64,000 bases of DNA. It comes from TPA_inf: Saccharomyces. Lineage: Eukaryota. A program made the position numbers and the translations under genes. The stretch is taken from NCBI GenBank assembly GCA_000146045.2, contig BK006946.2, positions 96,001-160,000 of the forward strand. The letters are read 5' to 3'. Of the stretch, positions 33,749 to 44,423 are shown piece after piece; position 1 is the stretch's first letter, and each line of letters opens with the position of its first letter. Below the pieces are notes generated by a model, which saw only the letters and a list, made by a program, of their open reading frames with translations, was not told the DNA's origin and ran no database searches.

Positions 33749-35572
33749 CTAGGAGTATATATATTTAGAGGCCAGTTCTGCTCTCTTGTCAATTGCCCGG
33801 GCGAGCTGCTCGGTCGTAAACAAGCTAGTGTCATTGATTTTTTTTAGGAAGAGGTGGTGGTAGTTTCGATTCAGGTCGCAAAGACGGAATGAACAGTACA
33901 CCAACTGCAGGCAAACGGAGTCACTCAGCTTGATGCTATTTAACCCACGAGTGAGGTCTTTTAATACGTATGTTATGCACTTATCAACGAATTGCAACAT
34001 GACTGCATTTGTAGGTATTTTGTTTTCCCTTTTTGAAGTCCGAATCTTTTTGCTTGGCTCCTCTGGGGTCACTTCAACCTTATTAATTTCTTCTTCTTCT
34101 TTTTCTGCCTTGTTATCTATGCTTTTGCTTGGCTCTTCTGGGGTCACCTCAACCTTATTAATTTCTTCTTCCTCTTTTTCTGCCTTGTTATCTTTGGTAT
34201 TTACTTCTTCCTCTTTTTCTTTTTCAGCCTTGTCTTCTGTTTTGTTTACTGTTTCATTTTCTATCTCATTTTCTGTTTTCCTTTCTGCTCCATCATCTTC
34301 GCCTTCCACTTTGCCTTGTACTTCCTCTTGTACATCTTCTATCGATTTATTTTCTGTCACATCTTCTTCATTGTTCGCTACGCTATCTTGTTTTTGATAT
34401 TCTTCCTTCTTTGTTTCTTTCTCCTTTTCTTCAATTTCTTTCTCTTCGTTAGTCCCATTTATCCTTAGCACAGTACTTTCTAGTTCCTCTGGGAAAGGAA
34501 TCTCTAAGTCATTTGTATCATACAAGAAGCTTTTCAGAAAGACATTCAAGGACATGTAGACATGTTCCCTGAGGACTTCAATTTTCCTCTTAACCATCAT
34601 TTCAATTAAAGATTCATTAGAAGACTCAACGTCCAAAGGATATGATGCTATTTCATCGGTAATGAATTTGTATCTCATGGCTAAAAACACACTTAATAAT
34701 GATTTATTAGTCTTTCCATCAAATGGTGGAATTGAATTCAAGTACTGTAGTATTTTCTTTAGTGAGTTTACTGATACATTAGTAGACAGTAATTTTACCA
34801 GCCCGGATAACATGGTAGTACTAATTTCGTTTAAAACTTTTTCGCAAACTTCATCCACAATGGTTGAACCAGGGAATCTTGACCTCAGGGAAGTAGTGTG
34901 TGTGTATAGCATGACGGCCTCCTGGTAATGACCTGTTCTGATACATGTGCGGGCCAAAAATGGTAGTTCCATCAAATCCGTAATGCTATCCAAATTTTCT
35001 AGTACAGTGACTAATGTGTCAGATCTAATGTCGTCCTTGTCATCTTCTTTAGTTGAAATTCTGTTTCTTAACCTACTTAATGCCTTGTGAAACTCATCCT
35101 CCTTCTTCTTTCTTGCCAGATTGTTACTCTCAGTCGTCATGATGCGACCTGTGTCGTTGTCTTCTTTATCGTCTTCCAAAAAGTCATCAATAGAAACGCT
35201 TTCATTGTTTATATCGTCATTTGTAACGTTTCGATCGGCTGCCTTATTAATATTAGTATCCAATTCCCATAATTGCTCCAAAGACTTGGCTATATCATCC
35301 AATTGAGCCCTATCATCGTTTTCAAGAATATTTCCGATAATCTGAGACGTATTATCTAGTAGTGTTTTCCTTATCTTTCTATCAAGGGCAGATAATTCAG
35401 CATCAATTTCTGCTATGTCTTCAGTTATGCTACCAGGAACAGCCCTAGATGAAAAATAACTTTCATAGTCTTTCGTGTTAGATTGTAGGATATCCTGTAG
35501 GAAATCAAGACTTAACCGTTTTTGTTCCTCTGTTAAATCATCAGAAATGAGGCTGTTTAGTATCAGCTCCAT
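33749..35572 (-). CDS. COG8: conserved oligomeric Golgi complex subunit 8, 607 aa
   Basis: Start at MELILNSLISDDLTEEQKRL gives 607 aa. Position fits YML071C. Contains an internal in-frame tandem duplication (see repeat feature). Confidence 0.75.
   Translation of the reverse strand: MELILNSLISDDLTEEQKRLSLDFLQDILQSNTKDYESYFSSRAVPGSITEDIAEIDAELSALDRKIRKTLLDNTSQIIGNILENDDRAQLDDIAKSLEQLWELDTNINKAADRNVTNDDINNESVSIDDFLEDDKEDNDTGRIMTTESNNLARKKKEDEFHKALSRLRNRISTKEDDKDDIRSDTLVTVLENLDSITDLMELPFLARTCIRTGHYQEAVMLYTHTTSLRSRFPGSTIVDEVCEKVLNEISTTMLSGLVKLLSTNVSVNSLKKILQYLNSIPPFDGKTNKSLLSVFLAMRYKFITDEIASYPLDVESSNESLIEMMVKRKIEVLREHVYMSLNVFLKSFLYDTNDLEIPFPEELESTVLRINGTNEEKEIEEKEKETKKEEYQKQDSVANNEEDVTENKSIEDVQEEVQGKVEGEDDGAERKTENEIENETVNKTEDKAEKEKEEEVNTKDNKAEKEEEEINKVEVTPEEPSKSIDNKAEKEEEEINKVEVTPEEPSKKIRTSKRENKIPTNAVMLQFVDKCITYVLKDLTRGLNSIKLSDSVCLQLVYCSFRLCDLNRNYHHLFLKKINDTSLFTTEQLARAIDKRAELASKYIYS
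34052..34200 (-). repeat. near-perfect tandem duplication (~74 nt x2, in frame) inside COG8
   Basis: cttggctc(c/t)tctggggtcac(t/c)tcaaccttattaatttcttcttc(t/c)tctttttctgccttgttatct... occurs twice back to back. It encodes the duplicated peptide NKAEKEEEEINKVEVTPEEPSK. Confidence 0.8.
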
Positions 35573-35824
35573 TTTACTCAATGATTATGTTTATTGTTGA
35601 AATATGTTCCCTCAAATGTCCTAACACTTCTATGATTATTTTTTCTGTGCTTCTCTTTTCAGTATGTTACTACGCTATATTTTTAGACATTGAAGCCATG
35701 ATCGCGAGATCGATCTAATGTACGTATAAAAAGAAAATGGACTTCAAGAGTACAACTAACTAAAGGAAAATCCAACTCTTCCTATAAATTTAGAATTAGC
35801 ATATTCAAAAAAGAAGAAACAAAG

Positions 35825-35896
35825 CACTCACGATGGGGGTCGAACCCATAATCTTCTGATTAGAAGTCAGACGCGTTGCCATTACGCCACGCGAGC
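35825..35896 (-). tRNA. tRNA-Arg (anticodon UCU)
   Basis: GCTCGCGTGGCGTAATGGCAACGCGTCTGACTTCTAATCAGAAGATTATGGGTTCGACCCCCATCGTGAGTG. The acceptor stem pairs with G-U wobbles and the anticodon loop CTTCTAA gives UCU. T-loop GGTTCGA, followed by a T-rich Pol III terminator on the minus strand (TTTGTTTCTTCTTTTTT). Confidence 0.9.
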
Positions 35897-35988
35897 TAAA
35901 TTTCTTGAATTGTTGGGTAAACAAATATTACTAATACAAATGTTATTAGAAACCAAAAATGCACTTTTCCGGGGTTAATATATATGAT

Positions 35989-36322
35989 TGAGTGATGGAT
36001 GAAGAATGAGATAATTGTTTAAATTCTATAGTTGTCAAGCGCTGTGATACCAGATACACAAAATGTACTAGAGGTTCTCCTCGAGAATATGAAAATCCAC
36101 AATAGAGAACCGATATTTCTGTGTAGGAATATTATTATTTCTTCTTTCATTTTGTATGTTCTCGTTCATTTTCCTAGCACATTATCAACCCTTTCATTTC
36201 AATTTCCATTAAAATTGGTGACTGTTTCTCAATATTTATTTGACCGTCTTATACCCAATATGGTAATATACCAGTAATATAAATACTAGTCGTTAGATGA
36301 TAGTTGCTTCTTATTCCGAAAA
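35989..36322 (-). mobile_element. solo Ty1/Ty2 delta LTR (~334 bp, diverged) about 90 bp upstream of the tRNA-Arg gene
   Basis: The minus-strand read matches the delta consensus in several blocks: ...AACTATCATCTA..ACTAGTATTTA.ATTACT.GTATATTA.CATAT... near the 5' end; ...GATAATGT...; CCTCGAGGAGAAC.TCTAGTA...; and the 3' end ...AACAATTATCTCA(T)TCTTCATCCATCACTCA. The ~334-bp length is typical for delta. Confidence 0.75.
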
Positions 36323-37474
36323 TGAGTATGGAAGTGTTGCATATGATAGGGCGGCTACAGTGATGGTAAACATAAGATACTTTAGCGGGAAATTAGCAAC
36401 TGGAAGTTAAATTATCTAGACATAAGTGTGGCGGTCACGCTGAACGCAGGAGATCGGATAGATTGATAAGCTGATCAAGAACATTGATCGGTTTGTTGTT
36501 TAAAGAATGGTTTTTGAAAACGTTTGACCAGTTGCTTCTCCCAGACGCTTACCGATATGATGATAAAGATAATATCTTCAATTGAATACCCCGTGGATCA
36601 GCACGAATAACAGAAAAAAAGGGTGAAATTCACCGTAAGCATGATACGCACTACGTTCTTCTTACCTTTGCCAACGTGTTGTCTTTGACGTACGTAATTA
36701 TGGGAGATCGTTGATGATTAGCCCCAGCTCACTTTCTTCTTAATGACTGACCCGCTACTATCAAAATTAAGGTGTCAAATATCATGATGAATGAGGTCTC
36801 TAGGCGACTCAATTATACATCTTTTAGAGATTTTTTTACTACTTGCAGATAATTTCTCAAGGGATTAGATTCAAATCTGGCTTGTCAATTACGCCCTTTT
36901 CAAGCTCATCAAATTGCGTATGTCATTCATGCTTCCATTAGGAACCATAGAAGCATGGCTGAAATGGCAATATACGGCTTCCCAATTTCAACTCTAAAGT
37001 AATGGCGGTCGAATTTAATCTATATTTTACAGTTTTATACGTACTTTAAAAGCAATCAGTAAACACCTCTGGTGCTATTCAAGGGTTTTTTGCCTTTATT
37101 TGTTACTGTCAATTGTCTGGCGCTGTGATAAAAAACAAGGCATAAAGCTCCCCCGTCATGAACATTAAGACTCGCTAGACGAGAGAGTGAAATATAATGC
37201 ATTTCCTGATTTAAATGCGCTACAAACATGGTGTAAATCTGGCCCGGAGTGAGTGCTTGCCAATTTGGCTTCTAAGGGAGAAAGATCAAACCACTCCCAA
37301 TTGCGTCATTTTGAAAGAGTGGCCACCTCGCGAGCGTCTGTCGAACTAACTGATGAATAAATATATAAGGAGAAAATCACTTCAACTTCGCTACAAGTAG
37401 TCACTATTTGTAGCAACTGTAAACGAACACATCAAAGAATAAGATTACATTCTATATCTAAGACTAAATTTTAA

Positions 37475-39229
37475 ATGTCCGCTAAATCGTTTGAAGTCAC
37501 AGATCCAGTCAATTCAAGTCTCAAAGGGTTTGCCCTTGCTAACCCCTCCATTACGCTGGTCCCTGAAGAAAAAATTCTCTTCAGAAAGACCGATTCCGAC
37601 AAGATCGCATTAATTTCTGGTGGTGGTAGTGGACATGAACCTACACACGCCGGTTTCATTGGTAAGGGTATGTTGAGTGGCGCCGTGGTTGGCGAAATTT
37701 TTGCATCCCCTTCAACAAAACAGATTTTAAATGCAATCCGTTTAGTCAATGAAAATGCGTCTGGCGTTTTATTGATTGTGAAGAACTACACAGGTGATGT
37801 TTTGCATTTTGGTCTGTCCGCTGAGAGAGCAAGAGCCTTGGGTATTAACTGCCGCGTTGCTGTCATAGGTGATGATGTTGCAGTTGGCAGAGAAAAGGGT
37901 GGTATGGTTGGTAGAAGAGCATTGGCAGGTACCGTTTTGGTTCATAAGATTGTAGGTGCCTTCGCAGAAGAATATTCTAGTAAGTATGGCTTAGACGGTA
38001 CAGCTAAAGTGGCTAAAATTATCAACGACAATTTGGTGACCATTGGATCTTCTTTAGACCATTGTAAAGTTCCTGGCAGGAAATTCGAAAGTGAATTAAA
38101 CGAAAAACAAATGGAATTGGGTATGGGTATTCATAACGAACCTGGTGTGAAAGTTTTAGACCCTATTCCTTCTACCGAAGACTTGATCTCCAAGTATATG
38201 CTACCAAAACTATTGGATCCAAACGATAAGGATAGAGCTTTTGTAAAGTTTGATGAAGATGATGAAGTTGTCTTGTTAGTTAACAATCTCGGCGGTGTTT
38301 CTAATTTTGTTATTAGTTCTATCACTTCCAAAACTACGGATTTCTTAAAGGAAAATTACAACATAACCCCGGTTCAAACAATTGCTGGCACATTGATGAC
38401 CTCCTTCAATGGTAATGGGTTCAGTATCACATTACTAAACGCCACTAAGGCTACAAAGGCTTTGCAATCTGATTTTGAGGAGATCAAATCAGTACTAGAC
38501 TTGTTGAACGCATTTACGAACGCACCGGGCTGGCCAATTGCAGATTTTGAAAAGACTTCTGCCCCATCTGTTAACGATGACTTGTTACATAATGAAGTAA
38601 CAGCAAAGGCCGTCGGTACCTATGACTTTGACAAGTTTGCTGAGTGGATGAAGAGTGGTGCTGAACAAGTTATCAAGAGCGAACCGCACATTACGGAACT
38701 AGACAATCAAGTTGGTGATGGTGATTGTGGTTACACTTTAGTGGCAGGAGTTAAAGGCATCACCGAAAACCTTGACAAGCTGTCGAAGGACTCATTATCT
38801 CAGGCGGTTGCCCAAATTTCAGATTTCATTGAAGGCTCAATGGGAGGTACTTCTGGTGGTTTATATTCTATTCTTTTGTCGGGTTTTTCACACGGATTAA
38901 TTCAGGTTTGTAAATCAAAGGATGAACCCGTCACTAAGGAAATTGTGGCTAAGTCACTCGGAATTGCATTGGATACTTTATACAAATATACAAAGGCAAG
39001 GAAGGGATCATCCACCATGATTGATGCTTTAGAACCATTCGTTAAAGAATTTACTGCATCTAAGGATTTCAATAAGGCGGTAAAAGCTGCAGAGGAAGGT
39101 GCTAAATCCACTGCTACATTCGAGGCCAAATTTGGCAGAGCTTCGTATGTCGGCGATTCATCTCAAGTAGAAGATCCTGGTGCAGTAGGCCTATGTGAGT
39201 TTTTGAAGGGGGTTCAAAGCGCCTTGTAA
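37475..39229 (+). CDS. DAK1: dihydroxyacetone kinase, 584 aa
   Basis: DhaK and DhaL domains (GGGSGHEP, DGDCG... motifs). 584 aa (YML070W). Confidence 0.95.
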   Translation: MSAKSFEVTDPVNSSLKGFALANPSITLVPEEKILFRKTDSDKIALISGGGSGHEPTHAGFIGKGMLSGAVVGEIFASPSTKQILNAIRLVNENASGVLLIVKNYTGDVLHFGLSAERARALGINCRVAVIGDDVAVGREKGGMVGRRALAGTVLVHKIVGAFAEEYSSKYGLDGTAKVAKIINDNLVTIGSSLDHCKVPGRKFESELNEKQMELGMGIHNEPGVKVLDPIPSTEDLISKYMLPKLLDPNDKDRAFVKFDEDDEVVLLVNNLGGVSNFVISSITSKTTDFLKENYNITPVQTIAGTLMTSFNGNGFSITLLNATKATKALQSDFEEIKSVLDLLNAFTNAPGWPIADFEKTSAPSVNDDLLHNEVTAKAVGTYDFDKFAEWMKSGAEQVIKSEPHITELDNQVGDGDCGYTLVAGVKGITENLDKLSKDSLSQAVAQISDFIEGSMGGTSGGLYSILLSGFSHGLIQVCKSKDEPVTKEIVAKSLGIALDTLYKYTKARKGSSTMIDALEPFVKEFTASKDFNKAVKAAEEGAKSTATFEAKFGRASYVGDSSQVEDPGAVGLCEFLKGVQSAL

Positions 39230-39499
39230 GTACTTGGCTCACGAATACATATCAAGATACTTATGATATATATATATAGAAAAAGCTTACTTTTCTTGGA
39301 GTTATTGTTATTATCATCGCGAAGAACGATTGTATAACCCGGTTCAACGCGAAACGAATCGTTAAACTGGTGAAATGTTAACGCGAGTGTCAGAGATATA
39401 CATAGTATGAGAGTAGCTAGATGTTGAATCGGTGGTAAGAACAAGAAGGAAATACCGTTAACAAGTGAAGGAACAATCTAGTATTGTTGAACAAGAATT

Positions 39500-41158
39500 A
39501 TGAGTACCGACTTTGATAGAATTTACTTGAACCAATCTAAATTTAGCGGTAGATTCCGTATTGCTGATTCTGGGTTAGGGTGGAAAATTAGTACCAGTGG
39601 TGGCTCTGCAGCAAATCAGGCAAGAAAACCATTTTTATTACCAGCCACAGAATTATCTACCGTCCAATGGAGTAGGGGCTGCAGGGGTTACGACTTGAAG
39701 ATAAATACCAAAAATCAAGGTGTTATCCAACTAGATGGATTTTCTCAGGATGACTATAACTTAATCAAGAATGATTTCCATCGCCGTTTTAATATTCAGG
39801 TAGAGCAAAGAGAACATTCCTTACGTGGTTGGAACTGGGGTAAGACAGACCTTGCCAGGAATGAAATGGTTTTTGCTTTAAATGGTAAACCAACTTTTGA
39901 AATTCCTTATGCTAGAATAAATAATACAAATTTGACCTCTAAAAATGAAGTAGGAATAGAATTTAATATTCAAGATGAAGAGTACCAACCAGCCGGTGAC
40001 GAATTGGTAGAGATGAGGTTCTATATTCCTGGTGTTATTCAAACAAACGTCGATGAAAACATGACCAAAAAGGAAGAGTCAAGCAACGAGGTCGTACCAA
40101 AGAAAGAAGATGGTGCTGAAGGAGAAGATGTACAAATGGCAGTAGAGGAAAAGAGTATGGCAGAAGCATTCTATGAAGAACTAAAGGAAAAGGCAGACAT
40201 CGGGGAAGTCGCTGGTGATGCAATAGTTTCCTTCCAAGACGTCTTTTTTACCACGCCAAGAGGTCGTTATGATATCGATATTTACAAGAACTCCATTAGA
40301 CTCAGGGGTAAGACCTATGAATACAAATTGCAACATCGTCAAATACAAAGAATTGTTTCGTTACCAAAGGCAGATGATATCCATCACTTATTGGTTTTGG
40401 CAATTGAACCTCCTTTACGTCAAGGACAGACCACCTACCCCTTTCTTGTCTTACAATTTCAGAAAGATGAGGAAACAGAAGTGCAATTGAATCTAGAAGA
40501 TGAAGATTATGAGGAAAATTATAAGGATAAATTGAAAAAACAATATGATGCTAAAACTCATATAGTTTTAAGTCATGTATTAAAAGGTCTGACTGACCGT
40601 AGAGTCATTGTTCCTGGAGAATATAAATCCAAATATGATCAGTGTGCAGTTTCATGTTCTTTCAAAGCAAACGAAGGTTATTTGTATCCATTAGATAACG
40701 CTTTCTTCTTTTTAACTAAGCCAACTTTGTACATACCATTCAGTGATGTTAGCATGGTAAACATTTCAAGAGCAGGACAAACTTCTACGTCATCGAGGAC
40801 GTTTGATTTGGAAGTGGTACTGCGTTCAAATAGAGGTTCTACCACTTTTGCCAACATCAGTAAGGAAGAGCAGCAATTATTGGAACAATTCCTAAAGTCT
40901 AAAAACCTAAGGGTGAAGAATGAAGATAGAGAGGTACAAGAAAGGTTACAAACCGCTTTAGGTTCAGACAGTGACGAAGAGGATATTAATATGGGTTCCG
41001 CTGGTGAAGATGATGAATCAGTAGATGAGGATTTTCAGGTCAGCTCTGATAATGACGCAGACGAAGTTGCAGAAGAGTTTGATTCAGATGCGGCTTTAAG
41101 TGATGCTGAGGGGGGTAGCGACGAAGAAAGGCCTTCGAAGAAGCCTAAGGTAGAATAG
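39500..41158 (+). CDS. POB3: FACT complex subunit (SSRP1-like, PH-like domains and acidic C-terminal tail), 552 aa
   Basis: MSTDFDRIYLNQSKFSGRFRIADSGLGWK... with an acidic C-terminal tail (DSDEEDINMGSAGEDDESVDED...). 552 aa (YML069W). Confidence 0.9.
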   Translation: MSTDFDRIYLNQSKFSGRFRIADSGLGWKISTSGGSAANQARKPFLLPATELSTVQWSRGCRGYDLKINTKNQGVIQLDGFSQDDYNLIKNDFHRRFNIQVEQREHSLRGWNWGKTDLARNEMVFALNGKPTFEIPYARINNTNLTSKNEVGIEFNIQDEEYQPAGDELVEMRFYIPGVIQTNVDENMTKKEESSNEVVPKKEDGAEGEDVQMAVEEKSMAEAFYEELKEKADIGEVAGDAIVSFQDVFFTTPRGRYDIDIYKNSIRLRGKTYEYKLQHRQIQRIVSLPKADDIHHLLVLAIEPPLRQGQTTYPFLVLQFQKDEETEVQLNLEDEDYEENYKDKLKKQYDAKTHIVLSHVLKGLTDRRVIVPGEYKSKYDQCAVSCSFKANEGYLYPLDNAFFFLTKPTLYIPFSDVSMVNISRAGQTSTSSRTFDLEVVLRSNRGSTTFANISKEEQQLLEQFLKSKNLRVKNEDREVQERLQTALGSDSDEEDINMGSAGEDDESVDEDFQVSSDNDADEVAEEFDSDAALSDAEGGSDEERPSKKPKVE

Positions 41159-41549
41159 TAATAATTTTAGACTGTATAAGTTAAATTTATTGATATTGTG
41201 TAAAAACTAACTAATATATTTTGCCAATTGATATTATCATGACATGGTGAGTGTAAGACACCACCTCTTAATTACTGGTGTTATTCTATACATTTATTTG
41301 AAATTGGTTTTGTTTTGCAAAATATTTATGTTTTGTTAATCTCCTCTACCCTTTCAATGCTTGAAAAATACTTTCAACTTTTCGATTGGGTGATGAAAAA
41401 AAGACAAATAGTGTAAAGGGTTCAAAAATAAATAACAAGCAAGAGAAAGGGACTTTGCTTTTCTCATTTAGTCACCAGTAAGTTATGTCATGGTGTAGAA
41501 TAACGAATTACAGAAAACTAATATAACTGATGAAAGACCAGGGAGTAAA

Positions 41550-42944
41550 ATGGCTTTGACTCAGTTTGAAAATGATTTGGAAATATTAAGAGATATGTAC
41601 CCAGAACTGGAAATGAAATCGGTAAAAGTAGAGGAGGAAGGTGAATTCCCTCAAAGAATTAACGGAAAGTTACTGTTCAAGATATCACTATTGGCCGATG
41701 TAAATATTGAGTTCGGCGAGCAACATATGTTACTTTCAAACTTATCTAATGAATGCGTGGAGTTCACCATATATAGCTGTCATTATCCGGACATTCGACG
41801 GTGTGTTGTTATGGATATCAAATCCTTATGGATATCAACAGATGAAAAGAAGATGTTAATTGACAAAGCGCTGAGACTCGTTGAAGAAACTGTAGATATG
41901 AGTATTGAGTTCGCGGATTCGTTTACCTCCATCCTTATCCTCATCTTTGGGTTTCTTATAGATGATACAGCTATATTACTATTCCCTAATGGAATAAGAA
42001 AGTGCCTGACACAGGATCAGTATGACTTGTTTAAGCAGATAAGTGAGGAAGCCACCCTCCAAAAAGTGAGCAGATCTAACTACCATTGTTGTATTTGTAT
42101 GGAAATGGAAAAGGGTGTTAGAATGATCAAATTGCCATGTGAAAATGCGAATGTAGAACACTATCTTTGCAGAGGATGCGCCAAATCTTATTTCACTGCA
42201 ATGATTCAGGAAAACCGAATATCCAGTGTAAGATGTCCACAATGCGAATACAAAGAATTAAAACTAGAAGATTTCAAGAGCTATAAAAAAATGCTGAAGG
42301 CATTGTTTACACCTTTGATTCCAGTGTCCTTCTTAAAAGAGGTTATCGATACAGAGCTATGTGAAAGATACGAAAAAATGTTCTACAACCAGGCGGCTAC
42401 AAGACTCTCAAAATATTGTCCGTATGCTTGTGTGACTTGTCGAAGATGTGATAGTTGGTGCACAAAAGAAGACCTCGATGATGCGATGATTCAGTGTCAA
42501 AAATGTCATTTTGTATTTTGCTTTGACTGCTTGCATGCCTGGCATGGTTACAACAATAAATGTGGCAAGAAAGTTTCGTTATCGACCGATATTATTGAGG
42601 AATATCTAGATGATACCGTTACTTCATATGAGAGAAAGCGGAAACTGGAGGCAAAATATGGGAGAAGAGTATTAGAACTTGAAGTCAATGATTACCTTGC
42701 TGAAAAAATGTTAGATTTAGCGATTAAAAAAGAGGGTTCGAATTTGCAGCGATGTCCAAAGTGTAAGGTAGTTGTAGAAAGAAGTGAAGGTTGCAATAAA
42801 ATGAAATGCGAAGTATGCGGGACGCTGTTCTGTTTTATATGCGGAGTATTACTTTATCCTGAGGACCCTTATGAACATTTTAGAGAAGCATATTCAGGCT
42901 GTTATGGACGATTGTTTGAAGGTATGCCTGGCACAGAAACTTGA
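41550..42944 (+). CDS. ITT1: RBR-type (RING-IBR-RING) protein, translation termination modulator, 464 aa
   Basis: RWD-like N-terminus followed by Cys-rich RING/IBR/RING blocks (CCICMEMEKG...CRGCAKSYF..., CPKCKVVVERSEGCNKMKCEVCGTLFCFICG). 464 aa (YML068W). Confidence 0.8.
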   Translation: MALTQFENDLEILRDMYPELEMKSVKVEEEGEFPQRINGKLLFKISLLADVNIEFGEQHMLLSNLSNECVEFTIYSCHYPDIRRCVVMDIKSLWISTDEKKMLIDKALRLVEETVDMSIEFADSFTSILILIFGFLIDDTAILLFPNGIRKCLTQDQYDLFKQISEEATLQKVSRSNYHCCICMEMEKGVRMIKLPCENANVEHYLCRGCAKSYFTAMIQENRISSVRCPQCEYKELKLEDFKSYKKMLKALFTPLIPVSFLKEVIDTELCERYEKMFYNQAATRLSKYCPYACVTCRRCDSWCTKEDLDDAMIQCQKCHFVFCFDCLHAWHGYNNKCGKKVSLSTDIIEEYLDDTVTSYERKRKLEAKYGRRVLELEVNDYLAEKMLDLAIKKEGSNLQRCPKCKVVVERSEGCNKMKCEVCGTLFCFICGVLLYPEDPYEHFREAYSGCYGRLFEGMPGTET

Positions 42945-43062
42945 GTGCGATCGCTCTGCCTTCAGTCTCACACTTTTTCTTATAATCTATTGTCATGAAA
43001 TTTATACAGATGAAAATGAAACGTTATCTTGGGTATACTGCATTCTCTTTTCTTTTACATAT

Positions 43063-44214
43063 CTACCTATCTAAAATACCCTTAGTTTTATCATCTGGCT
43101 GATAACGCAAGGACCACTTAGGTCCCATGATGGTGATAAGAGCCATATCCAGTAGTGTGAAAATCCACGAAGCACAGTAGACCAAAAATGAGCAGATTGC
43201 CACTAATCTGACCAAAAACTGTATAAAGCTTAAACGAACATCAGAAACTACTATGGATAATGGTTCGAAATTGTATTTGAAGAAGATGCCCGGCATTTTA
43301 TCACCTTTAGCAGCGACATCTTTGTACAAATAGCGGTAATCGTTAACAGAATATTGATTAGTATCCACTTCTGCCCCCAATTTCTTGAAAAGAGTGGGCA
43401 CAACAGATGTGTAATAGACGTAAGTAGTTAAAGGTTCATCCTGATTAAACTGTGCAGTGTTATCCAATGGGTTATCAATATATGGATAGAAATCACCAAA
43501 AGAGAACTCATTAATAACATGATTAAATTTTAATTCTTCCAGTGGTGCTTTGCGTGAAGCCACGTAACCTAAACTCTTCGCTGTAATCTGCAATTCGCCA
43601 CTAACTCTATTTACCGGAATGGACCCAAATACATGGCACCCATTGAATTCCGGAAGATGTGCCTTGTTAGGATCACTTTCATCAAAAAATGACCTAGTAT
43701 CTAGTTTTTCTCTAAATTCTGCTGGGATAGCTTCCCCTAAGATTTCATCCAATTCCGGCGTAATAATTTCATTGATATCATTGACTTTTGTGTCATAAGG
43801 AATAAAGAATGGCATCTCTTCCAATTGCAATTCCTCTAATACAAGTTTCCGATCCATTGTTTGGTCTCTGACGTTGATTTGCAACCAATCACATTTCGTG
43901 TTGACGTATATATCCATATTAATTTGAACGGTATCTCTAACTTGACTGTCCACTACGTACTGCTGGTCAATATAACCACCGAAGTATTCACCAAACTCGG
44001 TCCATGCTATAAACAACAGAAACAGATATGTCAACAAAGATGTTAAGCCACCCTTGGTGGATTTCTTCTTGTACTGTTCTTCAGTTTTTGCTGTAAAGTT
44101 AAATTTCCATTGTTAGTGAAAAAGCAAAAGCAAAAATAAAATATGCTGAAGCGGGCTACTTCAGAAAAATCCATATAACATACGAAACGCATCAAATGTC
44201 TTCAATCCTGCCAT
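43063..44214 (-). CDS. ERV41: ER-vesicle (COPII) cargo-receptor complex protein, two exons (exon 1 44184..44214, 31 nt; exon 2 43063..44090), 352 aa
   Basis: Exon 1 ATGGCAGGATTGAAGACATTTGATGCGTTTC (MAGLKTFDAF.) is followed by GTATGT. A CACTAAC branch-like element sits at about 44110 and the 3' site is ctttacag|CAAAAACTGAAG (PKTEEQYKKKSTKGG...). 31+1028 nt = 353 codons. Position fits YML067C. Confidence 0.8.
44091..44183 (-). other. ERV41 intron (93 nt)
   Basis: GTATGT at the 5' end and YAG at the 3' end, with a near-consensus CACTAAC branchpoint. Confidence 0.7.
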
Positions 44215-44423
44215 TATATACTCCTGAAGTCTCTGCCTGTACGTTACAGCAAAAGCATTTTGGAGGAACGCTTTTCTCAGTAAGAATAGAACATTGATAA
44301 TATCTTTTCAAAGCCTTGACCGAGCGGGAAAAAAGGACGTTATGCAAAAATACTTAATATACTGAAAGGCTGTGTATATGTTTACATATTTACTGTCATT
44401 TGAAAAAAAAGTTCTGTGGTGAA

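Noticed and set aside
33930-34397. 155-aa plus-strand Ser-rich ORF antisense to COG8
   Set aside because: Generated by the reverse complement of the GAA/GAG-rich COG8 repeat. Artefact of low complexity.
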